A DNA stretch of 64,000 nucleotides, from positions 5,176 to 69,175 of the forward strand of contig CAYUJR010000002.1 of the NCBI GenBank assembly GCA_964445095.1. The letters run 5' to 3'. Made by a program: the position numbers and the translations under genes. Positions 8,002 to 17,153 of this stretch are shown piece after piece; position 1 is the first letter of the stretch; each line of letters opens with the position of its first letter. The notes below the pieces were generated by a model. The model saw only the letters and a program-made list of their open reading frames with translations, did no database searches and was not told where the DNA came from. Source of the DNA: an uncultured Gammaproteobacteria bacterium (GTDB lineage: Bacteria; Patescibacteriota; Microgenomatia; Levybacterales; JACOYD01).

Positions 8002-8523
8002 ATGAATATTAAGAAATTGTTAATAGGTGGTGCGGCCGGGGCGATCATGTTTGCTGCGGTAGTCGCACCGGCTTTGGCAGCGGGTGGATTTGACCAGTTT
8101 GGCTATAACAGAACTGCCAGAAACTTTGTGGGTACCTGTTTAAGCTGGGGCATGGGTAAATATGGATGGACCCAGGCTCAAGCTCAAGCTTACTGCGGAG
8201 TTTACTCCAATGATAAACTGGTGATGAAATGGAATGCCGAGTGGGACCGGGGTAATGCCGAGGGTTGGGCAAACGGCCCGTATGATGCCTGGATTGATAA
8301 TGAGTGGAATGGCAGAAACAATGGGTCAGGGGAAATCTGGCATTATAAAATAGCCTGGGACAGGGGTTGCGCAGACTCCGGTACTCCTTCGGGAGCGGCT
8401 GTCAAAGGAGGGGCCTATTGTATTTGGGGGCCTTTTGCCATGCTGCAAAGCCAGGGGTCTGGTGCGGATAAAGTGCATTATTGGGATGTGCTGCTGGCGC
8501 CTGCCGGTTACGGAGCATATTAA
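8002..8523 (+). CDS. Secreted Trp/Gly-rich hypothetical protein (Sec signal peptide)
   Basis: Strong SD (GAGAGGAGGTGAGGAA) 6 nt before the ATG. Signal peptide with AxA site (APALAAGG). Higher GC than its neighbours. Three Cys. Confidence 0.6.
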   Translation: MNIKKLLIGGAAGAIMFAAVVAPALAAGGFDQFGYNRTARNFVGTCLSWGMGKYGWTQAQAQAYCGVYSNDKLVMKWNAEWDRGNAEGWANGPYDAWIDNEWNGRNNGSGEIWHYKIAWDRGCADSGTPSGAAVKGGAYCIWGPFAMLQSQGSGADKVHYWDVLLAPAGYGAY

Positions 8524-8572
8524 TATAAGGAGAAATGGAGTTTTGGGGCTTTCTGAGGTATAATAGAGCCTG

Positions 8573-9709
8573 ATGTGGCAGAGCCTCAAAAACATCTATC
8601 ACTTGGCCATGGCGGTGGTGGCTAATTTGTGGTTTGGTTTTCCCTCAAAAAAGCTGACGGTCATTGGCGTGACCGGCACTGACGGTAAGACGACTACTGT
8701 TAACCTCATTTACCATATCTTAAAAACCGCCGGAAAACAGGTTTCGATGATTTCTTCGGTGGGGGCGGTTATTAATAGCAAAAATTATGAGACAGGTTTT
8801 CATGTGACCACTCCCTCTTCCTGGAAACTGCAAAAGTTTATCAAGAAAGCAGAAGGTTATTTAGTTCTCGAAGTTACTTCGCACGCTCTTGACCAGTACC
8901 GTGTTTGGGGCATAGATTTTGCAATTGGGGTACTGACTAATGTTACCAATGAACATCTTGATTACCACAAAACCTGGGAACAATATGTGAAAGTCAAATC
9001 AAAGTTGTTAAAAAACGCCAAGATAGCAATTGTTAATAAAGATGACAACTCCTACGGAGTAATTTCCAATTTCCAATTTCCAATTTCCAATAAATTAATT
9101 ACTTATGGATTAAAAAACTTTTCTTTTAAGACAAAATTGATGGGGGAGTTTAATAAATATAATATTTTGGCGGCGGCGGCGGCGGCAAAGACTTTAGGAA
9201 TAAAAGATCAAGTGATAAAAAAAGCAATAGCCAGTTTCCAATTACCGATTGGCAGGATGGAAGTTGTTTATAACGGCGCGTTTATGGTTATTATTGACTT
9301 TGCTCATACTCCAAACGCCCTAGAGCAAGCTTTATCGACAGTGAAAAAAAATGTTAGTGGTCGGTTAATTCATATTTTTGGTAGTGCTGGAGAAAGAGAT
9401 TTTCAGAAACGGCCGGAAATGGGAAGAGTTTCTAGCAAATACGCAGACATTATTATTTTGACTGCGGAGGATCCACGTTCGGAATCGGTTGATAAGATTA
9501 TCGAAGAGATTGAATCAGGAATTAAAAAGTCAGGAGTTTTGAGGGTTCAAAACAGGCAGGAGGCGATTAATACTGCTATTAAAATGGCCAAAAAAGGAGA
9601 TGTGGTGTTACTTACCGGTAAAGGGCACGAACAGTCGATGAATTATGGTCGGGGGGAGGAGCCGTGGAGTGAACATGAAGCAGTTAAACAAGCACTTAAA
9701 AAAAGTTAA
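8573..9709 (+). CDS. murE: UDP-MurNAc-L-Ala-D-Glu:meso-DAP/L-Lys ligase MurE (short form)
   Basis: GVTGTDGKTTT P-loop and DFAHTPNALEQAL (MurE DNAAHTPDAL-like) motifs. TATAAT at 8559-8564 sits only 8 nt before ATG 8573; the true start could instead be M at 8609. Confidence 0.85.
   Translation: MWQSLKNIYHLAMAVVANLWFGFPSKKLTVIGVTGTDGKTTTVNLIYHILKTAGKQVSMISSVGAVINSKNYETGFHVTTPSSWKLQKFIKKAEGYLVLEVTSHALDQYRVWGIDFAIGVLTNVTNEHLDYHKTWEQYVKVKSKLLKNAKIAIVNKDDNSYGVISNFQFPISNKLITYGLKNFSFKTKLMGEFNKYNILAAAAAAKTLGIKDQVIKKAIASFQLPIGRMEVVYNGAFMVIIDFAHTPNALEQALSTVKKNVSGRLIHIFGSAGERDFQKRPEMGRVSSKYADIIILTAEDPRSESVDKIIEEIESGIKKSGVLRVQNRQEAINTAIKMAKKGDVVLLTGKGHEQSMNYGRGEEPWSEHEAVKQALKKS
9062..9089 (+). repeat. (ATTTCCA)x4 heptanucleotide array, in-frame in murE
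   Basis: Four perfect units. With flanking bases it forms a 30-nt insert encoding ISNFQFPISN. Confidence 0.9.
9169..9186 (+). repeat. (GGC)6 trinucleotide repeat in murE (poly-Ala)
   Basis: GGCGGCGGCGGCGGCGGC encoding AAAAAA. Confidence 0.9.
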
Positions 9710-11099
9710 ACGCATCCATTTTGTCGGGATTAAAGGCGTAGGGGTGGCGCCGTTGGCAATTTACGCCAAACAGGCCGGCGTTATTGTTAGTGGAAGTGAC
9801 ATTGAAGATGAGTTTATTACAGACTTGCCTTTGAAAGAAGCGGGCATATCCTGGACTGTGGGATTTGACTCCAAAGATTTACCTGACAAGTTGGACTTGG
9901 TAATTGCTACCGGTGCTCATGGTGGGATGACTAATTCGCAAGTGGCGGAAGCCAAAAAGCGGGGGATTGCCGTTTGGATGCAGGGCGAGGCAGTGGGTAA
10001 ATTTATGGAGGATTTTTTTGGTATTTCGGTCACCGGTTGCCATGGTAAAACTACCACCGCGGGCATGTTAGCCACGTTACTGGTTAAATCTGGTCTTGAT
10101 CCCTCATATATTGTCGGTTCGGGAACAATCCGGCCCCTCGGAGCGGCCGGACACAAAGGTAGGGGTAGATATTTTATTGCCGAAGCGGACGAGTACGCCA
10201 ATGAACCGACATTTGATAAAACTCCCAAATTTTTATATCAAGACCCCAAAATGATAATTCTCACCAACATTGATTTTGACCATCCGGATTTGTTTAACAG
10301 CATTGATCAAATTAGAGAAAGCATATTAAAATTCTTACAAAAACTGGGTAAAGACGGCGTGGCTATAGTTAATGGCGATGACAGTCAAATTCAAAAAATC
10401 CTTCCCCAGATTGGAGCTAAAGTAATTACTTTTGGCACTACGCCCAAAAATGATTTTTATCTAGCCCGCGTAGGTACCATTCCCGGTAAAACTACCCTTA
10501 ATATTATCAATAAAAATGTCAGTCTGGGTGAGTTCTTGCTTAGTCTGCCGGGAGTTCATAATGCCAAAAATGCCTTGGCGGTGGTGGTGGCGGCTTTGGA
10601 GCTGGGTATTTCTGTAGATAAAATAAAACAATATCTGCCGGTCTTTGCGGGAGCCAAAAGACGGTTTGAGTTAGTCGGTAAGTTAAAAAGCGGCGCCCAA
10701 GTTTACGATGATTACGCTCATCATCCCAAAGAAATTACCGAAACGCTTTTATCTGTCAAGCAATGGTTTCCCAAATCAAGAATAACTGTTATTTTTCAGC
10801 CTCACACTTATTCCAGAACCAAAGCCTTATTTATTGATTTTATCCACGCTTTTTCCCAAGCCGACCAGGTTATTTTTACCAATATTTATCCATCTTTGCG
10901 GGAAGAGCCGGATTTAACAGTTTCCTCTCAAAAACTGGCTGCCTCGACCGGTAAATTTCATCCCAGCGTTAAGTTTTTAGCCCAGCCTCGGGATGTGATA
11001 GAATATATAAACAATCAAGAATGGACGGAGAAAGATTTAATAATGACCATGGGAGCGGGAGACGTGTATAAGATTGCAGAAGCAATCTTGCGCGCATAG
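9675..11099 (+). CDS. murC: UDP-N-acetylmuramate--L-alanine ligase MurC
   Basis: IHFVGIKGVGVAPLA...SGSD N-terminus, GCHGKTTT and DDYAHHP motifs. The ORF is open from 9645; ATG 9675 is chosen and overlaps the murE 3' end. Confidence 0.9.
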   Translation: MKQLNKHLKKVKRIHFVGIKGVGVAPLAIYAKQAGVIVSGSDIEDEFITDLPLKEAGISWTVGFDSKDLPDKLDLVIATGAHGGMTNSQVAEAKKRGIAVWMQGEAVGKFMEDFFGISVTGCHGKTTTAGMLATLLVKSGLDPSYIVGSGTIRPLGAAGHKGRGRYFIAEADEYANEPTFDKTPKFLYQDPKMIILTNIDFDHPDLFNSIDQIRESILKFLQKLGKDGVAIVNGDDSQIQKILPQIGAKVITFGTTPKNDFYLARVGTIPGKTTLNIINKNVSLGEFLLSLPGVHNAKNALAVVVAALELGISVDKIKQYLPVFAGAKRRFELVGKLKSGAQVYDDYAHHPKEITETLLSVKQWFPKSRITVIFQPHTYSRTKALFIDFIHAFSQADQVIFTNIYPSLREEPDLTVSSQKLAASTGKFHPSVKFLAQPRDVIEYINNQEWTEKDLIMTMGAGDVYKIAEAILRA

Positions 11100-11132
11100 C
11101 GCTAAAAATTGCCGATGCAATTTTGTCAAATC

Positions 11133-11153
11133 CTAAATTCTAATTTCTAAATC
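11133..11153 (+). repeat. Three heptamer units CTAAATT-CTAATTT-CTAAATC abutting the murB ATG
   Basis: Occupies the expected SD position. Same ATTTCYA family as the murE array. Confidence 0.8.
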
Positions 11154-12146
11154 ATGAACATTATGGATAAAAAACTACAAGAATTGGAGAAAAATTTAGG
11201 GGCGGGTAGAGTTCGTGTCGGTGAGGTGATGAGCGCACATACTACCTTTAAAATTGGCGGGCCGGCCCAATTTTATTTTGAAGCAAATACCATTGACGAT
11301 TTGGTAAATGCAGTCAAAACAGCCAATAAATTAGATCTACCTTTTTTTGTTTTTGGCGGAGGTTCAAACATTATAGTTTCCGACAATGGCATTAAAGGTC
11401 TGGTGATTAAAAATAACTGCCGAAAATTCACCGTCTCTAAAATGAGCGGAAGCGTAAGGGGTAAAAAAGTGGGAGTTGATAAGGCATTGGTAGCGGCAGA
11501 AAGCGGAGCGCTAATGAATCAATTGGTGCGTTTTACCATCGACCAGGGTTTACAGGGTTTGGAATATCAATTGGGATTGCCGGGAACAGTAGGTGGGGCA
11601 ATATATATGAATTCCAATTTCCCCAAAAAGGGAGCCTACGCGGGAGACTCCCTATATCAGGCTAAGCTCATAACTCGAGAGGGAGAAATAAAAGAAGTTA
11701 GTAATTCTTATTTCCAGTTTGGTTACGATAAGAGCATCTTGCAAGAAACAGGGGAGATAGTTTTATCAGTAGTTTTTCGTTTTAAACCGGCCGATAAAAA
11801 AATATTGTGGGAAAAGGGAATGGAGGCCTTAAATTATCGCAGCCTAACTCAACCTAAGGGAGCATCAGCCGGTTGCACCTTCAGAAATATTTCCGTAGTT
11901 GATGCGGTTAGAATTCCCACCCCGCAGCAAATTACTTCCGCCGGATACTTAGTTGATAAGGCTGGGTTAAAAGGAAAACGAATAGGTGACGCCATGATTT
12001 CTCCGCTTCATGCCAACTTTATTCTGAATTTTGGTCGAGCTCATGCTCAAGATGTGACGTCGCTAGTTAAGCTCGCCAAAGACGAGGTTTATAAAAAATT
12101 CGGCGTAAATTTACAATTGGAGGTTAAAACCGTCGGTTTTAGTTAG
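11154..12146 (+). CDS. murB: UDP-N-acetylenolpyruvoylglucosamine reductase MurB
   Basis: HTTFKIGGPAQFYFEANTIDDL and GGGSNII FAD-binding motifs. Three heptamer units (CTAAATT CTAATTT CTAAATC) abut the ATG. Confidence 0.9.
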   Translation: MNIMDKKLQELEKNLGAGRVRVGEVMSAHTTFKIGGPAQFYFEANTIDDLVNAVKTANKLDLPFFVFGGGSNIIVSDNGIKGLVIKNNCRKFTVSKMSGSVRGKKVGVDKALVAAESGALMNQLVRFTIDQGLQGLEYQLGLPGTVGGAIYMNSNFPKKGAYAGDSLYQAKLITREGEIKEVSNSYFQFGYDKSILQETGEIVLSVVFRFKPADKKILWEKGMEALNYRSLTQPKGASAGCTFRNISVVDAVRIPTPQQITSAGYLVDKAGLKGKRIGDAMISPLHANFILNFGRAHAQDVTSLVKLAKDEVYKKFGVNLQLEVKTVGFS

Positions 12147-12157
12147 ATAAGCTCACT

Positions 12158-13480
12158 ATGAAAAAATACATTGTTAAGGGCGGAGTCCCATTAAGAGGTG
12201 AGGTGAGCGTTTCCGGAGCAAAAAACGTGGCGCTTAAGGCACTGGTGGCGGCCGCTCTAACCAGGGAGGAAGTAGAGATTGATAACGTTCCGCTGATTTC
12301 CGACTTGTTTATTATGATAGACATTATTCGTGAATTGGGAGGCGAGGTCAAGATTTTAGATCATCAGTTAAAAATTAGAGTAGGAGATATTAAAAAGCAT
12401 AAAATCTCGCTTGACAAAGCCAGCGAAATCAGAACTTCTTCAATGTTTCTCGCGCCACTACTGGCCAGAACCGGTCAGGCGATTATTCCCAATCCCGGCG
12501 GTTGCAGAATCGGCGCCCGGCCAATAGACAGGATAGTAGAAGGTTTGAAAAAACTGGGATGCGATATTATCTATGACAGTAATGATGGATACTTTCATGC
12601 CAAAACCAAAGGTTTGGTAGGCGCTCATCATAAATTTGATAAAAATACCCATACCGGAACGGAAACGATGATTTTGGCCGCAGTGCTGGCTCGTGGCCGG
12701 ACGGTGCTGGAGAATGCCGCTCAAGAGCCGGAAATAGATGAGCTGATAATTCTGCTTAACAACATGGGGGGAAAGGTTATTCGAAGCCGCTCTCGCACTA
12801 TTGTAATTGAAGGAGTAGAAAAACTTCATGGAACGAAATTTTCGATCGGCCCGGATAGAAACGAAGTAGTCACCTTTGCCCTGGCTGGATTGGCGACGGG
12901 TGGAGAGGCGACAGTAGTAGGTGCCGAAAAAAAATCAATCAAGGCTTTTTTAGATAAACTTTCCCAAGCTGGAGCAAATTGGCAGGAAGTTGAGAGAGGA
13001 ATACATTTCTCGGGTAAGAATCTGCGGTCTACAGAGGTGACGACTTCTTTTTTTCCGGGTTTTATGACTGATTGGCAGGGACCCTGGGCGGTGTTAATGA
13101 CCAAGGCTCAAGGCATATCAATAATTCACGAAACAGTCTACGAAAATAGATTCTCATATATTGGCGAGTTGTTAAGAATGGGGGCCAAAATTGAATTGTT
13201 TAACCCCAAAGTTAAAAACCCGCAAGAGCTCTATAATTTTAATTGGGCAGATGACAAAGATGAATACTTTCATGCTGCCAAAATTTACGGTCCCACCCCG
13301 CTGCATAATGCCGCTCTGTCAATCTCTGACTTACGGGCCGGAGCGACGTTGGTTTTAGCCGCTTTGGCGGCCTCGGGCGAAAGCGTTATTCATGGCATAG
13401 AGCATATTGACCGCGGATATGAAGATTTTGCGGGAAGATTAAAAAAACTTGGCGCCAATATCAAGAGGTTAGAGGATTAA
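12158..13480 (+). CDS. murA: UDP-N-acetylglucosamine 1-carboxyvinyltransferase MurA
   Basis: KGGVPLRGEVSVSGAKNVALKALVAAAL N-terminus typical of MurA/EPSP-fold enzymes. Length 440 aa. Confidence 0.9.
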   Translation: MKKYIVKGGVPLRGEVSVSGAKNVALKALVAAALTREEVEIDNVPLISDLFIMIDIIRELGGEVKILDHQLKIRVGDIKKHKISLDKASEIRTSSMFLAPLLARTGQAIIPNPGGCRIGARPIDRIVEGLKKLGCDIIYDSNDGYFHAKTKGLVGAHHKFDKNTHTGTETMILAAVLARGRTVLENAAQEPEIDELIILLNNMGGKVIRSRSRTIVIEGVEKLHGTKFSIGPDRNEVVTFALAGLATGGEATVVGAEKKSIKAFLDKLSQAGANWQEVERGIHFSGKNLRSTEVTTSFFPGFMTDWQGPWAVLMTKAQGISIIHETVYENRFSYIGELLRMGAKIELFNPKVKNPQELYNFNWADDKDEYFHAAKIYGPTPLHNAALSISDLRAGATLVLAALAASGESVIHGIEHIDRGYEDFAGRLKKLGANIKRLED

Positions 13481-13481
13481 T

Positions 13482-14708
13482 ATGCAGGCAATTTTACTAG
13501 CAGCTGGCAGTTCCAGTCGTTTTTATCCTTTTAACGGGACGCATAAATCAATGGTTTATCTTTTGGGCAAGCCGATACTAGCTCACGCAATTGATGGACT
13601 AAGAAGTATTGGCATAAAAGAGCTTATTATTGTAGTAAGAGATGATGGAATAGTTAAAGATTATTTTGGCGATGGTAAAAAATTTGGAGTAGAAATTAAT
13701 TATGTTGTCATAAATCAACCCTTGGGAATGGGTGATGCCCTACTTCAAGCTAAAAAACACCTTAAGGGTGATTTTATTTTTTTAGGGGGAAACCATGTTA
13801 ATAGTAACATTTTAGTTAGTAAATTATTGACTAACAGAAAAAATACTGATGCGGTAGTATTAATTAACCAAAGATTAAATACTTGGGAATATGGAGTTGT
13901 TAAGCTGGTAGGGCAGCAGGTTAAGGGAGTGGTGGAGAAGCCCAAGAAAGGTCAAGAACCGTCAAAATTTTGTTTAGTCAGTATCTATTTATTACCTATT
14001 AATTTTTTGGCGGTTTTAGAAAAAACTAAAGTGCATCAGTATAATTTTGAAGAGGCTTTGGATGAGTTTACCAAGATAGCAAAAGTCGCGGCAGTGGAGA
14101 TTAAAGAGGAGATAGCCACCTTAAAATACCCTTGGGATTTATTAAACGTTAAGAACATGCTGCTAAAAAAGATGAAAGACTATCGGGGAAAAAATGTCAA
14201 AATTGCCAAAAGCGCGGAAATTATTGGCGAAGTTTCTATTAGTGATGGTGTAGTAATTATGGAAGGAGTGCGTATTAAAGGTCCTGCTTATTTGGGAAAA
14301 AATGTGACAGTTGGTAATAATGCCTTGTTGCGTGGTGGAGTTGACGTGGAAGAGGGGTCGGTAGTTGGTTCTTATATGGAAGTTAAAAATAGTCTGGTAA
14401 TGAAAAATAGTACTACCCACTCCGGTTTTATTGGAGATTCAGTAGTTGGAGAAGCTTGCAAAATTGGCGCCCAATTTTGCACCGCTAATGTCAGAATTGA
14501 CAGAAAAACTATTCATGATAGTGGTCGTAAATTCTTAGGCGTAATTATGGGAAATAATGTTCATATCGGTATTAAATCATCCACCATGCCGGGAGTTATT
14601 ATTGGTAATAATGCTACCATTGGCCCCTCTACCACAGTTTTGCAAAACGTGTCTGATGATTCCCGTTACTACACCAAATTTGAAAAAATAGTGGAGGAGA
14701 AAAATTGA
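13482..14708 (+). CDS. GlmU-like bifunctional sugar-1-phosphate nucleotidyltransferase / left-handed beta-helix acyltransferase (archaeal-type)
   Basis: N-terminus LLAAGSSSRFYPF...K (NTP-transferase G-loop). C-terminal hexapeptide repeats. Lies between murA and glmS. Confidence 0.7.
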   Translation: MQAILLAAGSSSRFYPFNGTHKSMVYLLGKPILAHAIDGLRSIGIKELIIVVRDDGIVKDYFGDGKKFGVEINYVVINQPLGMGDALLQAKKHLKGDFIFLGGNHVNSNILVSKLLTNRKNTDAVVLINQRLNTWEYGVVKLVGQQVKGVVEKPKKGQEPSKFCLVSIYLLPINFLAVLEKTKVHQYNFEEALDEFTKIAKVAAVEIKEEIATLKYPWDLLNVKNMLLKKMKDYRGKNVKIAKSAEIIGEVSISDGVVIMEGVRIKGPAYLGKNVTVGNNALLRGGVDVEEGSVVGSYMEVKNSLVMKNSTTHSGFIGDSVVGEACKIGAQFCTANVRIDRKTIHDSGRKFLGVIMGNNVHIGIKSSTMPGVIIGNNATIGPSTTVLQNVSDDSRYYTKFEKIVEEKN

Positions 14709-15376
14709 AAAAGAAACTAATACTTTTTGATTTGGATAATACTCTTTTTAATTCTGCTTCTTTAAGAGAAGCGATTTTTCTTAAAGTAGGGCAAGTATTG
14801 GCCAGTGATAAAAGTGAGATTGGCATAATAAGCGCCGTTGCTTCACGGATTTATGACGAACTAATGCGGGAGTTTGGCATATTTGATCCAACGCTTTTTT
14901 TGGAAGAAGTATTCAACCAAACCGGTAAGGGTGATGCAAAAGAAAAAAGAGAAATAATTCGTTTTATTATGGATAGAAATACTATCAAGGGACATTTCCA
15001 TAAAGAGGTGATGAATATTTTACTGCAACTATCAAAAATCGGACATTTGGGGATTTATTCCCAGGGAGAGAAAAAATTGCAGCGCCGAAAAATATCTTTT
15101 ATCAAACACTTGTTGCAACCCAAAATAATTCATGTCACTCGAAGTAAAAAATCGCAAATGAGAAGAATTTTTCGAAAATACAATAACTATAAAATATTTT
15201 ATATTGACGATAGATTACCGATGTTACAGCTTGCCAAGGAGATAGGAACAGATGTGGTTGGCGTTTGGGTTAAACGCGGTGGATATGCTAAGATGCAGCA
15301 ACCAATCGCCGGTTTTAAACCTGATGCGCAATTTAGTGATATTAAAAAAATTGTGGAACTAGTTGCTAATTATTAA
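14705..15376 (+). CDS. HAD-superfamily hydrolase/phosphatase
   Basis: ILFDLDNTLF motif I (DxDxT). 4-nt overlap with the upstream gene. Confidence 0.7.
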   Translation: MKKKLILFDLDNTLFNSASLREAIFLKVGQVLASDKSEIGIISAVASRIYDELMREFGIFDPTLFLEEVFNQTGKGDAKEKREIIRFIMDRNTIKGHFHKEVMNILLQLSKIGHLGIYSQGEKKLQRRKISFIKHLLQPKIIHVTRSKKSQMRRIFRKYNNYKIFYIDDRLPMLQLAKEIGTDVVGVWVKRGGYAKMQQPIAGFKPDAQFSDIKKIVELVANY

Positions 15377-15386
15377 TTTCTAATTT
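15366..15386 (+). repeat. Three heptamer units CTAATTA-TTAATTT-CTAATTT abutting the glmS ATG
   Basis: Occupies the expected SD position. Confidence 0.8.
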
Positions 15387-17153
15387 ATGTGTGGAATATT
15401 CGGTTACGTAGGTAAAAAAAATGCCTCCGATGTTGTAATAGCCGGTTTAAAAAGACTGGAATACAGGGGTTATGATTCGTGGGGTATTGCCGTAGTAGCC
15501 GATGAAATAAAACTCAATAAAAAAGTGGGAGCGATCGGAGATATGCTTCCGTCATCCAACTTCCAACTTCCAGCCTCCAACATCGGTATTGGCCACACCC
15601 GCTGGGCTACTCATGGGGGAATCACCGAAACTAATGCTCACCCACATTTTTCCACTGATAAATCTTTTGCCCTAGCCCAAAATGGAATTGTGGAGAATTA
15701 TCAAGTATTAAAAGATGAACTTAAGGAAAGGGGTTACAAATTTTTTACAGAAACAGATACGGAGGTAATTGTCCGGTTAATAGAAGATAAATTGAAGCTA
15801 ATTAAAGACCTGCAGGAAGCTGTCAGAAAAGCTTTTTTGGAGCTTGAAGGTAGAAACACAATTATTATTTTGACTAAGGATGGTCAAATTATTTCTGCCA
15901 GAAATGGTTCTCCCTTGGTGGTTGGAGTTAATCAAAAAGAAGTATTTTTTTCATCCGATACTTTATCTTTTGCGCCATTCGTCAAAAAAGTAATAGTGAT
16001 AGATAATGGCCAGATGGTTTATTATAACGGTAAACTTAATGTAGTAGATATTAAGTCCGGCAAAAGTCTCCAATACCATCTTGAAAAGATCGATTTTAAA
16101 AACAGTAAGGTTGATAAAGAAGGCTACGACCATTTTATGTTAAAAGAAATTCATGAAAGTCCTTATGTGATTGGTCAAGTAATCAATCAAGCTCGTGGCT
16201 TAGACGCTCTTGGTAGAGCTATAAAGAAAGCTAAAACTGTCTACTGCGTCGCTATTGGCACAGCTGGTGGTGCTGCTTCCCAAATAGCCTTCTATTTAAG
16301 GGTTCATTCTGGGATTAAAGCCTTGAGTTTAACGGCAGCTAATGCTCTTGATTATTACCCTTTGTTTACCACAGACGATTTGATCATTAACCCCTCCCAA
16401 TCCGGAGAATCAGCTGATGTTTTGGAGGTTTTGGAAAAAGCTAAAGAAAAGGGAGTAAAAATCGCTTCTTATGTTAATATGCCGGGTTCAACTACGACCA
16501 GAATGTCAGATTTTAAGTTCATGTCTAATGCCGGACCGGAAATTTGCGTGATGTCCACAAAAGTTTATGCTTCTCAAATAGCCTGGGGGTATTTGCTGTC
16601 AAAAGTGGTAAGCAGAAAGCAGGAAGATGGACAGACAAACCTTAAGTCTTTATCTTTGGAGGTGGAAAAGTATTTAAATACCGAAAATAATCACGATTTG
16701 ATAAAAAACCTGGCAAAGGAGCTGGTTAAAAAACAGCACATTTTTCTTCTGGGTAAATACCAAAACTTAAATATAGCTCGCGAAGGTATGATTAAAATTA
16801 TCGAGGGTTCATACATTCATGCTCATGCTATGCCGGCAGGAGACTTAAAGCATTACGCCATTACTCTAATGGAAAAAGGGGTGCCAGTGATTGTAGTAGT
16901 TTCTGAAGATATAGCAAGAGATGATGTGATAAACGCCGTAAATGAGGTCAGAGCCAGAGGGGCTTGGGTAATAGGCATTGCGCCCAAATCACACCCGAGT
17001 TTTGATGTCCATCTACCAGTGCCTAATACAGGGGAAACATCAGCCATCATGAATATAATCCCTTTACAGCTTTTAGCTTATTATATGGCAGTAGAACTGG
17101 GTCACAATGTAGACAAACCCAGAAATATTGCTAAGAGTGTAACAGTCAAATGA
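15387..17153 (+). CDS. glmS: Glutamine--fructose-6-phosphate aminotransferase GlmS
   Basis: MCGIFGYVG Ntn-amidotransferase start with two SIS domains; 588 aa. Three heptamer units precede the ATG. An internal (TCCAACT)-type 4-unit array lies at 15555-15582. Confidence 0.92.
   Translation: MCGIFGYVGKKNASDVVIAGLKRLEYRGYDSWGIAVVADEIKLNKKVGAIGDMLPSSNFQLPASNIGIGHTRWATHGGITETNAHPHFSTDKSFALAQNGIVENYQVLKDELKERGYKFFTETDTEVIVRLIEDKLKLIKDLQEAVRKAFLELEGRNTIIILTKDGQIISARNGSPLVVGVNQKEVFFSSDTLSFAPFVKKVIVIDNGQMVYYNGKLNVVDIKSGKSLQYHLEKIDFKNSKVDKEGYDHFMLKEIHESPYVIGQVINQARGLDALGRAIKKAKTVYCVAIGTAGGAASQIAFYLRVHSGIKALSLTAANALDYYPLFTTDDLIINPSQSGESADVLEVLEKAKEKGVKIASYVNMPGSTTTRMSDFKFMSNAGPEICVMSTKVYASQIAWGYLLSKVVSRKQEDGQTNLKSLSLEVEKYLNTENNHDLIKNLAKELVKKQHIFLLGKYQNLNIAREGMIKIIEGSYIHAHAMPAGDLKHYAITLMEKGVPVIVVVSEDIARDDVINAVNEVRARGAWVIGIAPKSHPSFDVHLPVPNTGETSAIMNIIPLQLLAYYMAVELGHNVDKPRNIAKSVTVK
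15555..15582 (+). repeat. TCCAACT-TCCAACT-TCCAGCC-TCCAACA heptamer array, in-frame in glmS
   Basis: Encodes SSNFQLPASN, close to the murE insert peptide ISNFQFPISN. Confidence 0.9.

Noticed and set aside
9169-9186. (GGC)6 repeat in murE as a functional signal
   Set aside because: It is in-frame poly-Ala within the ligase and most likely neutral low complexity. It is listed as a repeat feature but not raised as a finding.
9917-10228. 103-aa minus-strand ORF inside murC
   Set aside because: Antisense to a high-confidence gene. GC-richer coding regions generate such frames.
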